From contig JBMOOM010000058.1 of NCBI GenBank assembly GCA_049323275.1, positions 11,177-75,176 of the forward strand: a stretch of 64,000 bases of DNA, written 5' to 3'. Positions 1-7,921 of the stretch are shown piece by piece (within the stretch, counting starts at the first letter, position 1; each line of letters begins with the position of its first letter). Under the pieces are notes generated by a model. The model saw only the letters and a program-made list of their open reading frames with translations, did no database searches and was not told the origin of the DNA. The position numbers and the translations under genes were made by a program. Source of the DNA: Pseudomonadota bacterium. GTDB taxonomy: Bacteria > Pseudomonadota > Alphaproteobacteria > Rhizobiales > Aestuariivirgaceae.

Positions 1-750
1 GTTGGCGATCGAGGCCAGCTTCGCCTTCATGGCGCCGTGATCGGGCTGCGACTCGGAGGTCGCCACCATGACCTGGTCCTGGGCGTTGCGGCGGGCGCCG
101 ACGGTCTTGCGGTAGTCGCGGAAAATCTTGGCCAGCTGGCTCGGCGACACGCGCGGCCACATGCGGACCTTGCCCGAGTCGACATGGACGAAGCCATACT
201 GGCCGGAGGTCGGGTAATAGCCGACGCCGCCGACCTGACGGACGAGCGCGCTGTTGCGGACCCGCTGGGTCGGAACGTCGGGGAAATAGATGTCGATGGC
301 CTTGCCGACCATGTGCTGGCTCTTCTTCGCCACATTGCGGCCGATGCGCTTCAGGAAGGCATTGGTCTTGGGCGAGCGGAAGCCGGAAACGATATGGACG
401 GGCCGGGTGGAGCCCAGGTCGGCATGCAGCTCCCAGACCAGGTCGATGGTCTTGGGGTCGATGCGGATGACTTCATTCCGGCGCCAGTCGCGCAGGATGT
501 AATTGAGCTTTTCCATGGCCGAAGGGATGTAGCGCCCGTTCACCTTGTAGGTGACGGTCAGGCTTTCCTTCGTGTGGGTCTGGTAGAGGGACAGGGTACG
601 GGTTTCACCGCCGGCGGTGGCCTCGCCATTGCCGAATCCGAACCACAGTCCGGCGGCAAGGGAACCGGCCAAAAATGTCGTGAAAGCAATCCGTTTCGCG
701 CGCGAGGTCAATGATCCACGGTGTCCGTTTTCAGCGGCCAGGAAACCCAT
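1..750 (-). CDS. DUF882/YcbK family peptidase M15 (MepK-like), runs off the window edge
   Basis: Not in the ORF track; translated by hand from the ATG at 750: MGFLAAENG...TRTLSLYQTHTKESLTVTY...LRDWRRNE...IDLVWEL...VSGFRSPKTN...SQHMVGKAIDI...VGYYPTSGQYGFVHVDSG. These are the DUF882 SxH/D/HxD motifs. Adjacent to an L,D-transpeptidase, as in ycbB-ycbK. Confidence 0.9.
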   Translation of the reverse strand, partial: MGFLAAENGHRGSLTSRAKRIAFTTFLAGSLAAGLWFGFGNGEATAGGETRTLSLYQTHTKESLTVTYKVNGRYIPSAMEKLNYILRDWRRNEVIRIDPKTIDLVWELHADLGSTRPVHIVSGFRSPKTNAFLKRIGRNVAKKSQHMVGKAIDIYFPDVPTQRVRNSALVRQVGGVGYYPTSGQYGFVHVDSGKVRMWPRVSPSQLAKIFRDYRKTVGARRNAQDQVMVATSESQPDHGAMKAKLASIAN

Positions 751-910
751 ACTCACTTTTAGACCGGCTGAACCCCGGTTCCCCTTGCTATTGTCCCGAA
801 AACAATGGTCACCCGTCCCAGAAACGGATTACACCAGTTCAATGCTTGCGACAAGAATACGGCTACTCTTAGGCAGCCATCCTGTCGATAAGTAACCTAA
901 ATCACTATCA

Positions 911-925
911 TTAACAGGGGCTTAA
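911..925. promoter_or_regulatory. CtrA box TTAA-N7-TTAA upstream of the DUF882 gene
   Basis: TTAAcaggggcTTAA is an exact match to the alphaproteobacterial CtrA consensus. Confidence 0.65.
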
Positions 926-963
926 ACAAAAAAGGCGGGCTGACTCTGCGGCAGTTCCCCAAG

Positions 964-2856
964 TCACCTTGCCGCCACAGCCGTGGCCGAGAAGGCGGTT
1001 TCCATGCGCTGGTCGCGGCCATAGACGTCGTCATAGTAAACGATTCTGCCGGTCTGGTCGGGCCAGGCGGTGAAATAGGTCAGATGGACCTTGATGTCGT
1101 CGCGGACCCGGGCGCTCTGGCTGACGCCGCTGTCGATGCGCTTGGCAACTTCTTCAGCATCAAGTTTCAGAAGCGTTTCGGCGAAGATACGCGGATTCTC
1201 CACGCGCACGCAGCCATGGCTGAAAGCCCGGGCGGAGCGCTCGAACAGCGAGCGCGCCGGCGTGTCGTGGAAATAGATGCTGTGTGAATTCGGGAACAGG
1301 AATTTCACTTCGCCCAGCGCGTTGTCGTCGCTCGGCGGCTGCTGAATGGAATAGGGAACGCCCTTGCTGTAGGCCGACCAGTTGACCGAGCTCGACCGCA
1401 CGATCTGGCCGTTTCTGGTGATCACGCGATAGCCAAGCCGGTCGAGATAGGACGGATCGCGCCGGAGAATCGGCAGCATTTCGTTCTTGATGATCGAGGG
1501 CGGCACGCCCCAGGACGGGTTGAACACCACCGTTTCCATCTTGTCGTGGAACGCCACCGTCTGGGTGTTGGCCTTGCCGATGATGACTTTGGTGCGCCAC
1601 ACTTCGCGGCCGTGGTCGACGACCTCGAGCTGATAGGCGGCCTGGTTGACGAAGACATATTTGCTGCCGAGCGATTTCGGCAGCCAGCGCAGGCGCTCCA
1701 TGTTGTAGCCGAGCTTGGCGATGATGCGCGCCTCGCTGCGCCCGTTGAGGGCGTTGACCGTCGCCTGGTCGAGGGCGCCGGTTGCCTTGATCTGCGCTTC
1801 GGCCTGGAAGGCCTTGAGGGCCGCCGCGACATCGGCGTCGAGAATCTCCAGAGGATCCGCCGCGCCGGCGCCGGGGGCGGCGGGAACGACTTCCGGCCCG
1901 CCGCCGGCCGCGGTCAGATAGCCGAGGCGCTCGAGATGATGGCGCGCCAGGACGATGCGCGGGTCTTTTTCGCCCGGCTTCACCCGGCGCCCGAGCGGAA
2001 TGGTCTCGCTCTCCGCCGCATGGAGCTGGGCCCGCTTCTGGGCAAGTTCGGCCTTGAACAGCGCATAGGCCGGGTGCTTTGGCTGAAGGCCGTTCAGATA
2101 TTCGACCGGGAAGGGACTCCAGGCCAGAACCTTGATGGCGGTGCCGGGAGCGACCGGTTCCGGGGTGATGTCATTGTATTTGGTCAGGCGGTTGGGAATG
2201 ATCCGGCCGCCCGAGGCATGGCGGGCATATTTGAGCGCCATGGCGGTGAGGCCGAGATCGAGCCTGGCCAGATGGACCATGTCGCCTTTGAAAGAGGCCG
2301 GGCTGTCGCTGAAGGCGCCGAGCGCCGGCGGCAGGTAGTCGGCCGGCTCCATCGCCTCATCGGCGCTCTTCGCCAGGAGGCCGAGCACGGCCTGGCCGCG
2401 CTGGTCGAGGCCGTCGGCCGTCGTCCATAGCGGCCTGAAACCGTTGGTCCGGTACAGTTCGATGATCGCCGTCTTTTCGTCGCGGGTGACGCGCGGGGCG
2501 GCCTCGCGGCTCTGCAATTCGCGGTAAACCGCCTGGGCCAAGGGCTCGCCGGGCTCGGCTTCGGCAAAACTCTCGGCGCGAAGGGCCTCGAGCTTTTCCG
2601 GCTGATAGACGAGGGGCGGTTCGGGCTTGTCGACTTCGATCGACGGCGCATTCTGGATGCGGGGGCCCGGTTCCCGGTAGCGCCGCACTTCCTTCCGGCG
2701 CTCTTCGCGCTTGCGCTTGAAGTAATCGAAGATGGAGCCCGATTTGCTGATCCGGCTGGGCGAATGCGTGTCGCGCTCGGCGAAGGCTACCGGCGCCGTC
2801 AGACACAAAGCCAGAACGAGCGCAGAGGTGCCCGCCAATCCCCGCCGCAGCCGCAT
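964..2856 (-). CDS. Murein L,D-transpeptidase (YcbB/LdtD type) with peptidoglycan-binding domain
   Basis: Signal peptide; PG-binding segment ALKAFQAEAQIKATGALDQAT; YkuD catalytic motif YFHDTP...AFSHGCVRV. Confidence 0.92.
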   Translation of the reverse strand: MRLRRGLAGTSALVLALCLTAPVAFAERDTHSPSRISKSGSIFDYFKRKREERRKEVRRYREPGPRIQNAPSIEVDKPEPPLVYQPEKLEALRAESFAEAEPGEPLAQAVYRELQSREAAPRVTRDEKTAIIELYRTNGFRPLWTTADGLDQRGQAVLGLLAKSADEAMEPADYLPPALGAFSDSPASFKGDMVHLARLDLGLTAMALKYARHASGGRIIPNRLTKYNDITPEPVAPGTAIKVLAWSPFPVEYLNGLQPKHPAYALFKAELAQKRAQLHAAESETIPLGRRVKPGEKDPRIVLARHHLERLGYLTAAGGGPEVVPAAPGAGAADPLEILDADVAAALKAFQAEAQIKATGALDQATVNALNGRSEARIIAKLGYNMERLRWLPKSLGSKYVFVNQAAYQLEVVDHGREVWRTKVIIGKANTQTVAFHDKMETVVFNPSWGVPPSIIKNEMLPILRRDPSYLDRLGYRVITRNGQIVRSSSVNWSAYSKGVPYSIQQPPSDDNALGEVKFLFPNSHSIYFHDTPARSLFERSARAFSHGCVRVENPRIFAETLLKLDAEEVAKRIDSGVSQSARVRDDIKVHLTYFTAWPDQTGRIVYYDDVYGRDQRMETAFSATAVAAR

Positions 2857-2973
2857 TATCGGTAAACTCCCATAGTTGCCGCCTTAGCTAACCGCGGCTT
2901 CATGGCATTTCAACGGTCAGAGGTTCCCCGGGTTGCATTAAACCAGGACTGTCACGTTTTTGCCGCAACCCGG

Positions 2974-4473
2974 TCAGGCGGTCGAACGGCCGTTTTCGCC
3001 GTCGTCGAGGCCGAGGTCGCGCATCTTGCGGTAAAGGGTCGATCGGCCGATGCCCAATTTGCGTGCAACTTCCGACATTTGGCCGCGATAGCGGTGGAGC
3101 GCCAGGCGAATCATGTCAGCCTCGATCTCCTCGAGCTTGCGGATGTGGCCGCCATCGGTGACCGCCGGGATACCGATCGCCATGCCGTCCGAGATGACCG
3201 ATCCGGTCGAGCGGGAGGGGCCCGCCGCGGCGGCCGCCATTGCCGGCGCCGGGGTTGCCGGGAGTTCCGGGATCTTCACCTCGTAGCCTTCGACCAGCGA
3301 GGCGATCTGCGGGAAGTCCTGGATTTCCAGGGTGTCGCCCTCGCACAGGACGATGGCGCGGAACACCGTGTTCTCGAGCTGGCGGACATTGCCCGGCCAG
3401 CTATAGAGCTGCAGCATCGCCAGCGCCTTGGGATCGATGCCGTGCACCTTGCGGCCTTCCTCGGCGGCGAAGCGGGTGATGAAGTGGTTGACCAGCGCCG
3501 GGATGTCGTCCTTGCGGTCCTTGAGCGGCGGCACCATCACCGGAAAGACGTTCAGCCGGTAATAGAGATCCTCGCGGAACTGGCCGGCCTTGACCATTTC
3601 GATCATGTTGCGGTTGGTGGCCGAGATCAGCCTGATATTGATCTTCGTGGGCTTGCGCGAGCCGACCGGGTCGATCTCGCCTTCCTGGATGGCGCGCAGC
3701 AGCTTCACCTGCATGTCAAGCGGCAGCTCGGCCACCTCGTCGAGGAACAGGGTGCCGCCATCGGCCTCCTGGAACTTGCCGATATGCTTGGCGGTGGCGC
3801 CGGTGAAGGAGCCCTTCTCATGGCCGAACAGGATGCTTTCGACCAAGTTCTCCGGAATGGCGCCGCAATTGACGGCGACGAAGTTGCGGCCGCGCCGCTC
3901 GCTCTCGCCGTGAATGGCGCGGGCGATGATCTCCTTGCCGACGCCCGATTGGCCTTCGATGAGGATCGGGATGTTGGACTGGGCGCCGCGCCGGCCGAGC
4001 CGGATGACGCCGGCCATGCCGGCGGAGGAAGCGATAAGATCGTCGAAGGTCAGGGCCCCGCCGACCTTCTTGTTGAGGCGTTTGACCTCCTCGGTCAGCG
4101 CGTTGACCTTGAGCAGGTTCTGCACCGAAACGCGCAGGCGCTCGGGCGAGATCGGCTTGACGACGAAGTCGTCGGCGCCGGCGCGCATCGCCTTGATGAC
4201 GGTCTCGATCGAGCCTTGCGCCGTCTGCACGATCACCGGAATATGGCCGCGCACGCCGTTCATGCGCTCGAGGAATTCGAGCCCGTCCATGCCCGGCATC
4301 ATGAGGTCGAGGATGACGAGCTCGATCTGGCCGCCCGTCGGGCCGCTCAATATGTCGAGCCCTTTGGCGCCGCTGTCGGCGCTCACCGCTTCGAAGCCGA
4401 AGCGTTTCATCATCTCTTCCAGGATGCGCCTTTGGGCTGGATCGTCTTCAACAATAAGAACGCGCGCTGTCAT
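2974..4473 (-). CDS. tacA: Sigma54-dependent response regulator (REC-AAA+-Fis HTH), probable TacA orthologue
   Basis: REC (LDLMMPGMDG), Walker A GQSGVGKE, GSFTGA loop, HTH SEVARKLGIGRSTLYRK. The tacA name rests on recalled synteny with pepF and an upstream CtrA-like box. Confidence 0.7.
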   Translation of the reverse strand: MTARVLIVEDDPAQRRILEEMMKRFGFEAVSADSGAKGLDILSGPTGGQIELVILDLMMPGMDGLEFLERMNGVRGHIPVIVQTAQGSIETVIKAMRAGADDFVVKPISPERLRVSVQNLLKVNALTEEVKRLNKKVGGALTFDDLIASSAGMAGVIRLGRRGAQSNIPILIEGQSGVGKEIIARAIHGESERRGRNFVAVNCGAIPENLVESILFGHEKGSFTGATAKHIGKFQEADGGTLFLDEVAELPLDMQVKLLRAIQEGEIDPVGSRKPTKINIRLISATNRNMIEMVKAGQFREDLYYRLNVFPVMVPPLKDRKDDIPALVNHFITRFAAEEGRKVHGIDPKALAMLQLYSWPGNVRQLENTVFRAIVLCEGDTLEIQDFPQIASLVEGYEVKIPELPATPAPAMAAAAAGPSRSTGSVISDGMAIGIPAVTDGGHIRKLEEIEADMIRLALHRYRGQMSEVARKLGIGRSTLYRKMRDLGLDDGENGRSTA

Positions 4474-4593
4474 GCTTGACCGACACCACTCAGATTATAT
4501 GGCCGTTCGGGACAAAAGCCGTCTTGGAATGCGCGCCGCCCAGCAGCATTCCGGCCTTCCCCCCGTCTCACGGTCAACTGTGGCAAAGAAGGG

Positions 4594-4608
4594 TAAAGGG
4601 CACATTAA
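4594..4608 (-). promoter_or_regulatory. Near-consensus CtrA box upstream of the tacA-like gene
   Basis: Minus strand reads TTAAtgtgcccTTTA (one mismatch), about 120 bp upstream of the ATG. Confidence 0.45.
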
Positions 4609-4751
4609 GGACTTGGCGAGAATGGGGACAGTTCGGCGCGCTGTCCAGTGCCGTATGAAAGTGGCCTAGCGTCATGTGGTGTGGTTTCGCCTTATTGCCG
4701 AGGTCACATGCATGGGCCATATGAGCAGCAAAACAATCGAACGGATGGATC

Positions 4752-6542
4752 ATGGACACTGCCGCCGCCAAGAAGCTGGGCCCGCTGCCCGAATGGAATC
4801 TAGCCGATCTCTATGCCGCGCCGGACGATCCGGCTTTCGCCGCCGACATGAAGCGCGGCGAGGAGGAGGCGAAGGCTTTCGCAGAGGCTTACAAGGGCAA
4901 GCTCGCCGGCCTTGCCGGCGGTGACCTCGCCAAGGCGCTCGAGGCGTATGAGGGCCTGAGCGACCTTCTCGGCCGCGCCGGCTCCTATGCGCAGCTCTAT
5001 TATGTCGGCGACACCACCGATCCGGGGCGGGCGAAATTCTATGGCGATGTCAGCGCCAGGCTCACCAATATCTCGACCGTCCTCCTGTTCTTCGAACTCG
5101 AGCTCAACAAGATCGCCGATGAAGCCCTGGCCGAGAAGCTCAAAGTTCCGGCCTTGGCGCATTACCGGCCGTGGATCGACAATCTGCGCATGGAGAAGCC
5201 CTATCAGCTCGACGACAAGATCGAGGAGCTCTTCCTCGAGAAGTCGCAGACCGGCTATTCGGCCTGGAACCGGCTCTTCGACGAGAGCCTCGCCGAGATG
5301 CGCTTCACCGTCGATGGCGAAGAACTGTCGCTGGAGCCGACGCTGACGCTGATGATGAATCCGGATGAAGCAAAGCGCAAAGCCGGTGCCGAAGCGCTGG
5401 CTCAGACCTTCAAGAAGAATCTCCGTCTATTTACGCACATCACCAACACGCTCGCCAAGGACAAGGAGATTTCCGACCGCTGGCGCGGCTTCAAGGACAT
5501 CGCCGATGCGCGCCATCTGTCGAACCGCGTCGAGCCGGAAGTGGTGGCGGCCCTCGTCGAGGCGGTGCGCGCGGCCTATCCGCGCCTGTCGCATCGCTAC
5601 TATCAGATGAAGGCCAAGTGGCTCGGCAAGGCGAAACTCGACCATTGGGACCGCAATGCGCCGCTTCCCCAGGAAGACACACGCGAGGTTCCGTGGGACG
5701 ATGCGAAGGCCACCGTGCTCGATGCCTATAAGGGCTTCGCGCCGGAGATGGCCGAGATCGCCGGCCGCTTCTTCGACAAGAAATGGATCGACGCGCCGGT
5801 CAGACCCGGCAAGACGTCGGGCGCCTTCGCTCATCCGACGGTGCCCTCGGCGCATCCTTATGTGCTCCTCAACTACATGGGCAAGACGCGCGACGTGATG
5901 ACGCTGGCGCACGAACTCGGTCATGGCGTGCATCAGGTGCTCGCCGCCGGCCAGGGCGCGCTCATGGCGCAGACGCCACTGACGCTGGCCGAGACGGCGT
6001 CCGTCTTCGGCGAGATGCTCACCTTCCAGGCGCTGCTCAAGCAGGCGAAGGACCCGAAGAAGCGCAAGGCCATGCTCGCCCAGAAGGTCGAGGACATGCT
6101 CAACACGGTGGTGCGCCAGATCGCCTTCTATACGTTCGAGCGCAAGATTCACTTGGCGCGCAAGGAAGGCGAGCTCACCGCCGACCAGATCAACGCGCTG
6201 TGGCTCGAGGTGCAAAGCGAGAGCCTGGGGCCGGGCATCGCCTTCTCGGAAGGCTATGAGACCTTCTGGGTCTATATCTCGCACTTCATCCACTCGCCCT
6301 TCTATGTCTATGCCTATGCTTTCGGCGACTGCCTGGTGAACTCGCTTTATGCGCGCTACCAGGAAAGCGCCGAAGGCTTCCAGGCGAAATACTTCACCAT
6401 GCTGAAAGCGGGCGGCACCCAGCATCACAGCGAATTGCTGAAGCCCTTCGGCCTCGATGCGAGCGACCCTGCCTTCTGGCAGAAGGGGCTCAAGGTCATC
6501 GAGGGCTTCATCGACGAGCTCGAGGCGATGGAAGCCGCGTGA
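4752..6542 (+). CDS. pepF: M3 family oligoendopeptidase F
   Basis: N-terminal LPEWNLADLY; zinc motif LAHELGHGVH; LAETASVFGE; FIHSPFYVYAYAFG. Confidence 0.93.
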   Translation: MDTAAAKKLGPLPEWNLADLYAAPDDPAFAADMKRGEEEAKAFAEAYKGKLAGLAGGDLAKALEAYEGLSDLLGRAGSYAQLYYVGDTTDPGRAKFYGDVSARLTNISTVLLFFELELNKIADEALAEKLKVPALAHYRPWIDNLRMEKPYQLDDKIEELFLEKSQTGYSAWNRLFDESLAEMRFTVDGEELSLEPTLTLMMNPDEAKRKAGAEALAQTFKKNLRLFTHITNTLAKDKEISDRWRGFKDIADARHLSNRVEPEVVAALVEAVRAAYPRLSHRYYQMKAKWLGKAKLDHWDRNAPLPQEDTREVPWDDAKATVLDAYKGFAPEMAEIAGRFFDKKWIDAPVRPGKTSGAFAHPTVPSAHPYVLLNYMGKTRDVMTLAHELGHGVHQVLAAGQGALMAQTPLTLAETASVFGEMLTFQALLKQAKDPKKRKAMLAQKVEDMLNTVVRQIAFYTFERKIHLARKEGELTADQINALWLEVQSESLGPGIAFSEGYETFWVYISHFIHSPFYVYAYAFGDCLVNSLYARYQESAEGFQAKYFTMLKAGGTQHHSELLKPFGLDASDPAFWQKGLKVIEGFIDELEAMEAA

Positions 6543-6550
6543 GGGCGTAG

Positions 6551-7921
6551 GTGGCGGACGACGAGAACAGCCTGACCGGACGTCTGCTCCGCTACGCCAA
6601 TGTCGGAACGGGTGTCGGCAGTGCCGTTGCGCGCATCGCCGCCGGAAGGCTGCTCGGCGGCGAGCGCGGAACATCGGCGGAAGGCCAGCTTCTCGCCGAG
6701 GCGCTGGGCAATCTCAAAGGCCCGCTGATGAAGGTGGCGCAGTTGCTCGCCACCATTCCCGACGCATTGCCGGCGGCTTACGCGGCCGAGCTGGCGCAGC
6801 TCCAGTCGCAGGCGCCCGCCATGGGCTGGGCCTTCGTCAAGCGACGCATGGCGGCCGAGCTCGGTCCCGACTGGCGCAAGTCCTTCGCCGATTTCTCGCA
6901 CGAGGCGGCGCATGCGGCGTCGCTCGGCCAGGTGCATCGCGCCTCATCGCATGACGGCCGGCCGCTCGCCTGCAAGCTGCAATATCCCGACATGGATTCG
7001 GCGGTCGAGGCCGATCTCAAGCAGCTCAACATCATCTTCGCACTGCATCGGCGCATGTCGCCGGCGATCGATACGAGCGAGATCGGCGAGGAGATCGCGG
7101 CGCGCTTGCGCGAGGAGCTCGATTATGTGCGCGAGGCGAAGCATATCCGCCTCTATACGGAAATCCTCAAAGGCCATCCGGCGATCCACGTGCCGGCGGT
7201 CGAGCCGCAGCTGTCGACGCGCCGGCTCATCACCATGGGCTGGCTCGAAGGGCGCCGGCTGCTCGAGTTCAAGGAGCATGATCTCGACACGCGCAATCTG
7301 CTCGCCCGCAATCTTTTCGCGGCCTGGTGGACGCCGTTCTGCGGCCATGGCGTGATCCATGGCGATCCGCATCTCGGCAACTACTCGGCGTCGCTCGACG
7401 AGACCGGCAGGCCCAACGGCCTCAATCTCCTCGACTATGGCTGCATCCGCATCTTCCCGCCGCGCTTCGTCGAGGGCGTCGTCGATCTCTATCACGGGCT
7501 CCGCGCCGACGACCGCGCCCGCATCGTGCATGCCTATGAGACCTGGGGCTTCCAGAATCTCAGCAACGAATTGATCGACATCCTCAATATCTGGGCGCGC
7601 TTCATCTACGGCCCCCTGATGGAAGACCGGGTGCGCGCCATCGCCGACGGCGTATCGCCGGCGGAATATGGCCGCCGCCAGGCTTTCACCGTGCATCGGG
7701 CGCTGAAGGAGAAGGGGCCGGTCAAGGTGCCGCGCGAATTCGTGTTCATGGACCGCGCCGCGATCGGGCTCGGCGGGGTGTTCATTCATCTCCGCGCCGA
7801 GCTCAATTTCTACCGGCTGTTCAACGAGGCGCTGGAAGGCTTCAGCGTCGATGGCGTGGCGGCGCGCCAAGCGGCGGCGCTCGGGGCGGCCGAGCTTATT
7901 TCCAGTTCCCCATCAGGATGA
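6551..7921 (+). CDS. ABC1/AarF/UbiB family atypical protein kinase
   Basis: AASLGQVHRA, ACKLQYP, EELDY, HGDPHLGN and LDYG motifs. Confidence 0.92.
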   Translation: MADDENSLTGRLLRYANVGTGVGSAVARIAAGRLLGGERGTSAEGQLLAEALGNLKGPLMKVAQLLATIPDALPAAYAAELAQLQSQAPAMGWAFVKRRMAAELGPDWRKSFADFSHEAAHAASLGQVHRASSHDGRPLACKLQYPDMDSAVEADLKQLNIIFALHRRMSPAIDTSEIGEEIAARLREELDYVREAKHIRLYTEILKGHPAIHVPAVEPQLSTRRLITMGWLEGRRLLEFKEHDLDTRNLLARNLFAAWWTPFCGHGVIHGDPHLGNYSASLDETGRPNGLNLLDYGCIRIFPPRFVEGVVDLYHGLRADDRARIVHAYETWGFQNLSNELIDILNIWARFIYGPLMEDRVRAIADGVSPAEYGRRQAFTVHRALKEKGPVKVPREFVFMDRAAIGLGGVFIHLRAELNFYRLFNEALEGFSVDGVAARQAAALGAAELISSSPSG

